A stretch of DNA of 12,967 bases from a virus. Each line of letters starts with the position of its first letter. Position 1 is the first letter of the stretch. The stretch is from UHGV virus genome UHGV-0805728; one strand, 5' to 3'. Both the position numbers and the translations under genes were made by a program. Below the pieces are notes generated by a model. It searched no databases, was not told the DNA's origin, and saw only the letters and a list, made by a program, of their open reading frames with translations. Of the stretch, positions 1 to 6,013 are shown in pieces.

Positions 1-128
1 TCTTCACCATCAAGAGGTATCAAAGTTATCTTCCCAGATTTTGTTGAAATCTCTCCTTTTTCAAGCAAGGTGTACCAATGCTCTCTACCAAGACTGTTGA
101 GGCACGTTTTTACATATTTAACAAACAT
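1..128 (-). CDS. hypothetical protein, 3' end outside window (partial)
   Basis: ATG at 128-126 lies 2 nt after the TGA of the upstream ORF (131-133), preceded by GGGGTGA; frame stays open to coordinate 1 (MFVKYVKTCLNSLGREHWYTLLEKGEISTKSGKITLIPLDGE...). Below the ORF-track size cut-off. Confidence 0.25.
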   Translation of the reverse strand, partial: MFVKYVKTCLNSLGREHWYTLLEKGEISTKSGKITLIPLDGE

Positions 129-130
129 CG

Positions 131-316
131 TCACCCCTCATCGCACGTCTGATATAACCATTCTATAAAATCTTGATACCACTCTCCCTCTGAGCGCTCC
201 GTAGGCCAATAATCCTCACCTTCTCTTGCATTAAAATCTGAGTATTCAACTTTCCACTCTTTTACCAGCTCGTGGAGAAGGTTTTCAGCCTGTTCTAAAG
301 ATTTATTTTCTGTCAT
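131..316 (-). CDS. hypothetical small acidic Trp-rich protein (61 aa from ATG 316; ORF track extends to a TTG at 334)
   Basis: ORF-track 131..334; internal ATG at 316 is preceded by AAGGGG at about 6 nt spacing, whereas the TTG at 334 has no ribosome-binding site. Product MTENKSLEQAENLL...CDEG. Confidence 0.5.
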   Translation of the reverse strand: MTENKSLEQAENLLHELVKEWKVEYSDFNAREGEDYWPTERSEGEWYQDFIEWLYQTCDEG

Positions 317-422
317 TACTGTCCCCTTTTTCAAGATAACTGTACATCAGCGCCGCGCCACCTAAAATGGCTACCAGCAGTAATACCCCCGAGAGCATTT
401 CAATAAACATGGCTTGAAACAC
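303..422 (-). CDS. small hydrophobic single-TM peptide (39 aa)
   Basis: GTG at 422 preceded by AGAGGAGG (plus-strand cctcctct about 430-437) at about 7 nt spacing; product MFQAMFIEMLSGVLLLVAILGGAALMYSYLEKGDSNDRK has one hydrophobic helix; stop TAA at 305-303 overlaps the start of the next gene. Not in ORF track (under 60 aa). Confidence 0.35.
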   Translation of the reverse strand: MFQAMFIEMLSGVLLLVAILGGAALMYSYLEKGDSNDRK

Positions 423-536
423 TAGAAGGCCTCCTCTAATTTAACGCACCATTTTAAATACATGTTCTTTTCCCATAAAGGTGCCTGGCTAAGATCTGCG
501 TAGAATGCAATCTCTTTAAGAACAGTATAAACAGTT

Positions 537-773
537 TTAGGTGAGGTCTCCATTCCTACTCTCCTTTTTCTCCTTACGGAGATTCTTGTAGTAGTCAACC
601 AGGCACATTATCACAATGAAGACAACAACAGGCCAAAAAGGTGCAGCAGTAATGATGGTGATAAAATCATCAAACTTCACCCTTCGTGTAGACACGACGC
701 ATATACCTGTCAAGATTACTGCTGTTATAACGGCTATTACTAGGTAACCTATCAGTACAGCATCTATACTCAT
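537..773 (-). CDS. small membrane protein with two predicted TM helices and a charged C-terminal tail (holin-like topology)
   Basis: ORF-track 78 aa; ATG at 773 preceded by AAAGGAGGA; hydrophobic stretches VLIGYLVIAVITAVILTGICVV and ITAAPFWPVVVFIVIMCLV, then tail YYKNLRKEKKESRNGDLT. Confidence 0.6.
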   Translation of the reverse strand: MSIDAVLIGYLVIAVITAVILTGICVVSTRRVKFDDFITIITAAPFWPVVVFIVIMCLVDYYKNLRKEKKESRNGDLT

Positions 774-803
774 TGGATCCTCCTTTACAGGTTAAATTGT
801 ATA

Positions 804-1163
804 CTACAGATGGTTGCTGAGGGTGTCAAGAAAATTATCCCGTTCTTTCTCAGAGTTTTCATGGGTGTAGCTGAAAAACATATCGAGAATAACCTTATTG
901 ATATATTCCAGCTCCTCTGTATTCAGATACTTATCAGGATCTACAATGACTTCCCAAATATCGTACAGACCGCACTCATGATATCCCCAACGCCACTCAA
1001 TTGTTAAACCGAGCGGCAAATCTTTACCGTCACAAACAACCTTCCATCTACAGATGTTGGTATCTGGACGCACCTGTGCACGGTATACCTGTACAAAATC
1101 CAATTTGAATTTGAGGTACTCGTCATACAATTTAAGTACAAAGCTCTCGATTTGTGGAGACAC
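804..1163 (-). CDS. hypothetical protein; probably the C-terminal part of a ~177-aa gene interrupted by a frame break (see 1223..1336)
   Basis: ORF-track 119 aa, but its start is a GTG at 1163 with no ribosome-binding site; its frame is open upstream to about 1247 and runs into the 37-aa ORF at an A5 run. Confidence 0.55.
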   Translation of the reverse strand: MSPQIESFVLKLYDEYLKFKLDFVQVYRAQVRPDTNICRWKVVCDGKDLPLGLTIEWRWGYHECGLYDIWEVIVDPDKYLNTEELEYINKVILDMFFSYTHENSEKERDNFLDTLSNHL

Positions 1164-1222
1164 TTTTGCAGCAAACTGTGCGTATTTGTACTTGCACTGG
1201 ATGATCTTTCTGCGTTTTGCAG

Positions 1223-1336
1223 TTAAATTTTTGCAGACAACTGTTCTTCAGTGTACCTCCACCTACGGTCAACAAACGCAACAGGGTCTTTGTCCCCATA
1301 GAGATCTTCCCAGTTAATCAGAAGCATACCTGTCAT
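1223..1336 (-). CDS. small ORF (37 aa), likely the N-terminal part of the frame-disrupted gene continuing in 804..1163
   Basis: ATG at 1336 overlaps the TGA of ORF 1333..1566 (ATGA); product MTGMLLINWEDLYGDKDPVAFVDRRWRYTEEQLSAKI; stop TAA at 1225-1223 immediately after an A5 run (1228-1232). Confidence 0.35.
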   Translation of the reverse strand: MTGMLLINWEDLYGDKDPVAFVDRRWRYTEEQLSAKI

Positions 1337-1566
1337 TCCTCCACAACTTCAAGGCCTTTACCGCCCCTCTCTGGAAGATTGCCGAGGGATAGGTAGTAAG
1401 TATAGTCTGGTGAGATTCTACCCGCTTGTGCCCCTGCAGCGATCAAATCTTTTCCAGTGATCATAACAACGTTTTTGTTTGCCGTCAACCGTTTTGCTAC
1501 TACAATTTTACCGACGCAATCGATCAGTGATGGATACCCTAAATCTGTAAGAAATTTAACTTTCAT
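1333..1566 (-). CDS. hypothetical protein (77 aa)
   Basis: ORF-track; ATG at 1566 preceded by AGGAGGTAG; no family recognised. Confidence 0.6.
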   Translation of the reverse strand: MKVKFLTDLGYPSLIDCVGKIVVAKRLTANKNVVMITGKDLIAAGAQAGRISPDYTYYLSLGNLPERGGKGLEVVEE

Positions 1567-1605
1567 GCTACCTCCTACTTCTACCGTCCCTGGTAAGATA
1601 AATTA

Positions 1606-2004
1606 TTACTGAACAGAACGCGGAGCTGGGAAGGATAACTCTTCTAAAGAGAAGATTTCATTTCCTACCACCCAAGTTGCTGGATCATCTGGATCAACAG
1701 GTTGGATAATCATTACCTCATCAACCTTGCACACACGTTTCCCACCTATGGTAGCGTCAGCCACTAACATACGCGGCTCTTCAGAAATGCACAGGTAGCC
1801 ACCTCGGCCCACTGTTCCTTCTACAGGATCCTGCCCTTTGACAACGATGAATACCTTTTCTCCTGTGGCGATATTACTTTGCACACGGACAGTTTGACCA
1901 ACTTTAGAGGTACCGATCTTGGTGGCTTCAAACATTAAATCCCGAATTACTGTTGCATAGTTGCCGGAAACTTTCTTACCTTCTTTGGTGATCTCAATCT
2001 TCAT
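1606..2004 (-). CDS. hypothetical protein (132 aa)
   Basis: ORF-track; start ATG at 2004 overlaps the stop of the upstream ORF (ATGA); no family recognised. Confidence 0.65.
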   Translation of the reverse strand: MKIEITKEGKKVSGNYATVIRDLMFEATKIGTSKVGQTVRVQSNIATGEKVFIVVKGQDPVEGTVGRGGYLCISEEPRMLVADATIGGKRVCKVDEVMIIQPVDPDDPATWVVGNEIFSLEELSFPAPRSVQ

Positions 2005-2273
2005 AATTTAGGCTCCTTAAATGAATCTATGTAGTCAATTAAATCCCAAGCATCGCGATGGGCTGTCAGAGGATATACTTCTCCGAGAGGGATCATAGCG
2101 GCAAGTCTATCAAAAACCCAGTCTGGACGCAACATTTTATGGTGATATTCCCACTCACCTTCTACAGACTTTTTCTGAGTGATCAGGATCTCTGTGTAGT
2201 GTTTAGCCTGTCTTGAGTAGATTGAAAATGACTTGTACATAAATGGCCCCTCTTGTTGAAAACAAGAATACAT
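2001..2273 (-). CDS. hypothetical protein (90 aa; alternative start ATG 2240 gives 79 aa)
   Basis: ORF-track; ATG at 2273 lies 2 nt after the TAG of the upstream ORF; the internal ATG at 2240 has the better ribosome-binding site (AGAGGGG, about 6 nt spacing). Confidence 0.55.
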   Translation of the reverse strand: MYSCFQQEGPFMYKSFSIYSRQAKHYTEILITQKKSVEGEWEYHHKMLRPDWVFDRLAAMIPLGEVYPLTAHRDAWDLIDYIDSFKEPKL

Positions 2274-2275
2274 AA

Positions 2276-2560
2276 CTACCAGGTCACTGTCAAGTAGGCA
2301 ACTGTGTTATTTTTCTCTGGCGATATGCCAACAACATCCACTTGCAGACCTCCTGCCCTTAAATCTCCGACAATGTGTGGGAAGTAATCCGAGAGGTGTG
2401 ATGGAAGATTTATCGAAAATCCGCACCCCAGAAAGCCTGCTAACGCTTTATTTTGTATCTCCCCTACAATCGCATCGTAAATAGAGTTAAGCTCGTCAGG
2501 AAGCGTTACAGGACGTTTTAGCGCTAACTGGTGTAATTTGTCCTTAGCACTCATTTTCAT
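2276..2560 (-). CDS. hypothetical protein (94 aa from ATG 2560; ORF track extends to a GTG at 2590)
   Basis: ATG 2560-2558 overlaps the TGA 2559-2557 of the methyltransferase gene (ATGA coupling); the GTG at 2590 would overlap that gene by 34 nt. Confidence 0.55.
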   Translation of the reverse strand: MKMSAKDKLHQLALKRPVTLPDELNSIYDAIVGEIQNKALAGFLGCGFSINLPSHLSDYFPHIVGDLRAGGLQVDVVGISPEKNNTVAYLTVTW

Positions 2561-3090
2561 TTCAGATCTACCTCTGGTGGTGCCAACCACATAAATGGCG
2601 GCAAATCTAAACGGTTTTTCTTATCCCACACAAAATATGCATATGCTTGCCCGTCAGTTCTGCCATTGGACTGGAATGATGGGCGCTTAGATATTGTAAT
2701 CACTGTGGTAGGGGCATTTTCAAGCCACCACTCAAAACGTGCTTTACTTTCCAAGAAGTTGAGACGCAAAAGCATAATAACTACGTCAGCATCTTTCAAC
2801 GCCTTTTCTACAAACTCACGGGCCAGGCTGTAGGGAGGGTTGGTTATAATGCAGTCAACATGGTTGTATTCTGTATTCAAGTAGTCCACACCTTCTTGAA
2901 TCTCTCCCCATGCAGATCCTAACGGCATACGGGAGTAGAATACCCCGTTAACACTGTTTCGGCACGGCTCCAGATAAGTCCAGTTCTCCGGGAAATCAAT
3001 TAAGTTGTATAGACCTTCTGCACACCAATCTGGTGTAACATACTCATCATAAGCATTACGTTGTTCGTCAGGTTTTCTAGCGCAAGTCAT
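2557..3090 (-). CDS. DNA N6-adenine methyltransferase, small phage Dam-like (177 aa)
   Basis: Catalytic motif IV DCIITNPPYS (NPPY, typical of N6-adenine methyltransferases) and size about 170-180 aa as in small phage Dam-like enzymes; ATG 3090 preceded by GGAGA. Target site not determinable. Confidence 0.6.
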   Translation of the reverse strand: MTCARKPDEQRNAYDEYVTPDWCAEGLYNLIDFPENWTYLEPCRNSVNGVFYSRMPLGSAWGEIQEGVDYLNTEYNHVDCIITNPPYSLAREFVEKALKDADVVIMLLRLNFLESKARFEWWLENAPTTVITISKRPSFQSNGRTDGQAYAYFVWDKKNRLDLPPFMWLAPPEVDLK

Positions 3091-3104
3091 GCAAATCTCC
3101 AGAT

Positions 3105-3130
3105 CATAAAAGCCCTCCGAAGAGGGCTTT
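3105..3130 (-). terminator. intrinsic-terminator-like hairpin with UUCG tetraloop between the ClpP-like gene and the methyltransferase gene
   Basis: Perfect 9-bp inverted repeat, plus strand aaagccctc (3109-3117) cgaa gagggcttt (3122-3130); as minus-strand RNA AAAGCCCUC-UUCG-GAGGGCUUU followed by UAUGAU. It sits 12 nt after the stop at 3142-3144. Confidence 0.45.
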
Positions 3131-3141
3131 AAGATTAATAT

Positions 3142-3855
3142 TTAAGCTTCTTCGACAATTCCTGCACCCAGGATTTTTTCATTAAGCTCTTTTGCGGTTT
3201 TAATAATATTATCCACCAGACGCTTACGGGTCTTGTCTTTCACCTGAACCTCTTCGCCACCGTTCAGAGTAGTCTTCAATTGAGACAGAATATCCTGAAG
3301 TTCAACGACAGAGAATCGCTGCAGATCTTCTGAGGTAATCTCGCCGAGAGCGATCCGGACGGTCTCACCACTTTCCATCTGCAGATTCAGGAACACGGTG
3401 TGAACATCATCTTTCACACCATTTGCTTTTGCAGACTCGACAGCATGAACCAGTTCGTCCAGGGAGGTGCACTGGTGAATCTCTGGCAGACCTGCTTCAC
3501 CTAGTACCCCTTCATCACCTTTTGCCAGGAGCTTTTTCGGTTTCTGCCCGTTCTGGATACGCTGAATATTTTCATCGTCCAGAATGATAGCTCCAGTTCT
3601 AGCTGCCAGCTCCTCTCCGTCCAACCACACTTCTCCACCAGCCGTGATGGATGCGATCTCATCTTCTGTCAGCACCCCACCGTAGATTTTTCGATCAGAC
3701 GTTCGAAACGTTTTTTCCAGTAGCTGACCTGAGTATTCATGTTCACACCGTTGCCATAAGTGCCACCTTGGTAGTAGTGGAACATAAATTCTGTGTCCGG
3801 AGCCACAGTGCGTTCTTTGCAACCCAGCCATAAGATTGTCCCAGCAGAGCAGCAC
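3142..3855 (-). CDS. ClpP-like peptidase, C-terminal fold continuation plus ~175-aa extension (second frame of a frame-disrupted gene)
   Basis: ORF-track 237 aa, but the first ~48 residues (MLLCWDNLMAGLQRTHCGSGHRIYVPLLPRWHLWQRCEHEY...) look out-of-frame. From about 3712 downward the frame reads ...GGVLTEDEIASITAGGEVWLDGEELAARTGAI, which aligns without gaps to the ClpP C-terminal region (recalled E. coli ...RDRFLSAPEAVEYGLVD) once joined to ORF 3669..4187. Confidence 0.5.
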   Translation of the reverse strand: MLLCWDNLMAGLQRTHCGSGHRIYVPLLPRWHLWQRCEHEYSGQLLEKTFRTSDRKIYGGVLTEDEIASITAGGEVWLDGEELAARTGAIILDDENIQRIQNGQKPKKLLAKGDEGVLGEAGLPEIHQCTSLDELVHAVESAKANGVKDDVHTVFLNLQMESGETVRIALGEITSEDLQRFSVVELQDILSQLKTTLNGGEEVQVKDKTRKRLVDNIIKTAKELNEKILGAGIVEEA

Positions 3856-4187
3856 ATCCCTTCAGCATGTACAACAACGCTTGCCTGAGACTCGCGGAAT
3901 GCCTGTAGATATGCCATTGCAATGTGCACGCAACCACCAGGGCTATTGATGATCACCCGAATGCTTTCTTCCGGCTGAGCCATACGGATCGTCTGCAGAC
4001 GAGACATATGATCTTGTAGGTCTTCCAAGTCGTCGATATAAAGAACGTGGTCAACAACAGGTGTTGGGTAGCTATATGTCTCCATAATACCACCTGGCAT
4101 ACCAAACATTTTATTACTCATCGGTTCGAAGCCGTTCTGTTTTTCTTTCATGCCGTGTACCATGGTGCTGCGAGGTGTTAAATTCAT
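3669..4187 (-). CDS. ClpP-family serine peptidase, N-terminal and catalytic portion (first frame of a frame-disrupted gene)
   Basis: ORF-track 172 aa with IINSPGG, GMCCSAGT (Ser-motif region) and FHYYQGG (His-motif region), collinear with E. coli ClpP INSPGG...GQAASMGA...IHQPLGG from memory; ATG 4187 preceded by TAAGGACC. The frame stops before the C-terminal part of the fold. Confidence 0.7.
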   Translation of the reverse strand: MNLTPRSTMVHGMKEKQNGFEPMSNKMFGMPGGIMETYSYPTPVVDHVLYIDDLEDLQDHMSRLQTIRMAQPEESIRVIINSPGGCVHIAMAYLQAFRESQASVVVHAEGMCCSAGTILWLGCKERTVAPDTEFMFHYYQGGTYGNGVNMNTQVSYWKKRFERLIEKSTVGC

Positions 4188-4248
4188 GTGAGGTCCTTAA
4201 TGTTGGAAAATTAAAAGCGATCTATTTAAACCTGATTCTCATTTGCCT

Positions 4249-4560
4249 TTATTTGGCAATTACCATGGAATACTTGCGATTGTCAGAAGCATCACAGGTC
4301 AACGATTGCCAGTCTACCACATACCACGTGTCATTGTCAACAATTACTTTATCACCTGTTCTGTAAAAGGTGTTGCTTTCAATAACACGAGACTCAGTGA
4401 AGAATCGGTGTCTTCGCTCACGTAGTAGAGCCAAGTTGATTATATTACCACCGCTGTCCTTAATCCACACATTCTTGTATCCTTTATTTGCCAAAATTGT
4501 CTCGCCGTTATAGACAAACAGGCAGTAGATTTTATTCAATCTCTCTTGTATCGTAGCCAT
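4249..4560 (-). CDS. hypothetical protein (103 aa)
   Basis: ORF-track; ATG 4560 preceded by GAGGAGAAG and by a near-consensus promoter (4589-4617). Confidence 0.65.
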   Translation of the reverse strand: MATIQERLNKIYCLFVYNGETILANKGYKNVWIKDSGGNIINLALLRERRHRFFTESRVIESNTFYRTGDKVIVDNDTWYVVDWQSLTCDASDNRKYSMVIAK

Positions 4561-4588
4561 ACTGTTCTTCTCCTCGTTTTGTCAGGCA

Positions 4589-4617
4589 ATAATACCTAAA
4601 GCTTGTCTGTTTGTCAA
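4589..4617 (-). promoter_or_regulatory. sigma70-type (phage early-like) promoter P1: -35 TTGACA, 17-nt spacer, -10 TATTAT
   Basis: Minus strand reads TTGACA (4617-4612), aacagacaagctttagg, TATTAT (4594-4589); predicted transcription start about 4582, some 22 nt upstream of ATG 4560. Confidence 0.55.
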
Positions 4618-4635
4618 CAAGTGTTTTAGATATTC

Positions 4636-4656
4636 AAGGGTGGAATAACCACCCTT
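4636..4656 (-). other. RNA hairpin directly after the phoH stop codon (8-bp stem AAGGGTGG/CCACCCTT, 5-nt loop)
   Basis: Perfect inverted repeat, plus strand 4636-4643 and 4649-4656, 5 nt after the TAA at 4664-4662; no U-tract follows, so terminator function is uncertain. Confidence 0.35.
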
Positions 4657-4661
4657 ATATG

Positions 4662-5450
4662 TTACTCGGAAACAGGAGTCCAAATACGGTTTGCACGGTC
4701 CTCAATAAGATTGAGTGCAATCTGACGACCCAGCCCAGAACGAACAACATCGTCAGGACTATCAAAGCTAATCATCCCAACTTCAGGATCTGGATGTCGT
4801 GTAAAGAAATCTGTCACCCATGCAAGGCCAGATTTACCAGGGATGTCTCGTTGGCTATTGTCCCCCATAATTACAAGGGTGGCCTGATCGGAAATCCTTG
4901 TGATAATTGACAACATTTCTTCAGGGTTAGTTTGCTGTGCCTCGTCAATTAGGACAAAGCATCGTTCATCGAAACTACGACCACGAATGCTTTCAACTTC
5001 ACAAATCTCGATACGGCTGTTCTGACCGTCTCCCAGCATTGCTGCAAAAGCACCTTTGCCAACACGACGACAAATCGTGTCCATCATACTCCGAAGATAG
5101 GGCCACAGTTTCTGCATTGCATTCCCTGGTTTAAATCCTGAAGTCTTTCCTGTCTGAACGTAAGGGCGTGCAACAATGATCTTATCAATCTCGTTTTTAC
5201 GTAACAGATCTCCTGCATAGGCAGATGCCATAAATGTCTTACCAGACCCAAACACACCGTTTACGATAATAATCTTACGTGACCCTAAATAATCAAGATA
5301 CTTTTGCTGCTTCTTATTCATCGGTCGGAGAGCTGGAGCGGTGTGCTCTCGTTCGTCAGCAAATTTCTCAGCAGCTTTACGCAAACGATCAGATTTACGA
5401 GCCTCTCTGGCTTCATCACGCATGCGTTTTGTTTCTTTAGCTCGACCCAT
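4662..5450 (-). CDS. phoH: PhoH-like ATPase (262 aa) with a ~43-aa charged N-terminal extension
   Basis: Walker A GVFGSGKT, Walker B FVLIDEAQ, and GDNSQRD, typical of PhoH-family proteins; ATG 5450 preceded by AAAGGAG. Confidence 0.9.
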   Translation of the reverse strand: MGRAKETKRMRDEAREARKSDRLRKAAEKFADEREHTAPALRPMNKKQQKYLDYLGSRKIIIVNGVFGSGKTFMASAYAGDLLRKNEIDKIIVARPYVQTGKTSGFKPGNAMQKLWPYLRSMMDTICRRVGKGAFAAMLGDGQNSRIEICEVESIRGRSFDERCFVLIDEAQQTNPEEMLSIITRISDQATLVIMGDNSQRDIPGKSGLAWVTDFFTRHPDPEVGMISFDSPDDVVRSGLGRQIALNLIEDRANRIWTPVSE

Positions 5451-5488
5451 GGTGGGACTCCTTTCAGATTGAGATGTGTCTGGAACTT

Positions 5489-5839
5489 TTACTGCAACAG
5501 TTTTTCAATAGCCGCTTCCATGCTGCTTGCAACAGCCTGAACTCGGATATTCATCTCTTCTTGGTGGATCAGCTCCTTAAGCTCTTTAACGGTAAATTCC
5601 TTAGAGAAACCTTCCACCATAATATTGTGTAAGGCTTCTTGCGTGTCTACTTGCAAGAACTTCTCCAGTTTGTTGGCAGAGGCTTCTAAATCAGCCCGAA
5701 TACGAGGATCATCTGTGCGATTCAGCATTAGGCGCAAGCCATCGAGATTAGTAGAAATAGCGTCAGCATGTTGAGTAACTAGCCGTGGCAAAATGAGATC
5801 TACAAACTTATTAGCCAAATCAATACGTTCTTGTGTCAC
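5489..5839 (-). CDS. hypothetical protein (116 aa), predicted helical
   Basis: ORF-track; GTG start at 5839 preceded by GAGGGGG and overlapping the TGA of the 37-aa Lys-rich ORF (GTGA). Confidence 0.6.
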   Translation of the reverse strand: MTQERIDLANKFVDLILPRLVTQHADAISTNLDGLRLMLNRTDDPRIRADLEASANKLEKFLQVDTQEALHNIMVEGFSKEFTVKELKELIHQEEMNIRVQAVASSMEAAIEKLLQ

Positions 5840-5949
5840 TGTTGCACCCCCTCTTCGTCCTCATGATGTTTCTTTTCACGCTTGTGTTTTTTCTTAAGCT
5901 CAAGCGCAATCTCTTTTTTGTACGCCTTCTTCAAGGCCTTTTTAGCCAT
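5836..5949 (-). CDS. small Lys-rich basic peptide (37 aa)
   Basis: ATG at 5949 preceded by AGAGGGGG and by consensus promoter P2; product MAKKALKKAYKKEIALELKKKHKREKKHHEDEEGVQQ. Not in ORF track (under 60 aa). Confidence 0.4.
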   Translation of the reverse strand: MAKKALKKAYKKEIALELKKKHKREKKHHEDEEGVQQ

Positions 5950-5980
5950 TTGGCACCCCCTCTGCTTTCATTTTACGATA

Positions 5981-6010
5981 ATTATACCCGTCTAAACAAA
6001 GCTTTGTCAA
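5981..6010 (-). promoter_or_regulatory. sigma70-type (phage early-like) promoter P2: -35 TTGACA, 18-nt spacer, -10 TATAAT
   Basis: Minus strand reads TTGACA (6010-6005), aagctttgtttagacggg, TATAAT (5986-5981), starting 4 nt after the nrdG stop; predicted transcription start about 5974, upstream of ATG 5949. Confidence 0.6.
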
Positions 6011-6013
6011 CAA

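Noticed and set aside
411-536. Possible promoter, tRNA or small RNA in the largest intergenic gap
   Set aside because: No tRNA T-loop motif (GTTCRANYC) or cloverleaf symmetry; only weak hexamers (TGGAGA, 17-nt spacer, TATACT) at about 552-524. The only solid signal is the AGGAGG ribosome-binding site of the small TM peptide.
3676-3732. Apparent ClpP-like HTGQ-region similarity (SGQLLEKTFRTSDRKIY) in the -1 frame upstream of the ClpP stop
   Set aside because: Its position is incompatible with the gap-free alignment of the rest of the fold; more likely a chance resemblance in the overlapping frame.
2288-4340. Additional TTGACA hexamers on the minus strand at 2293-2288 and 4340-4335
   Set aside because: Both lie inside coding sequence with no gene start downstream at promoter distance (one sits right at a start codon), and the -10 matches are weak.
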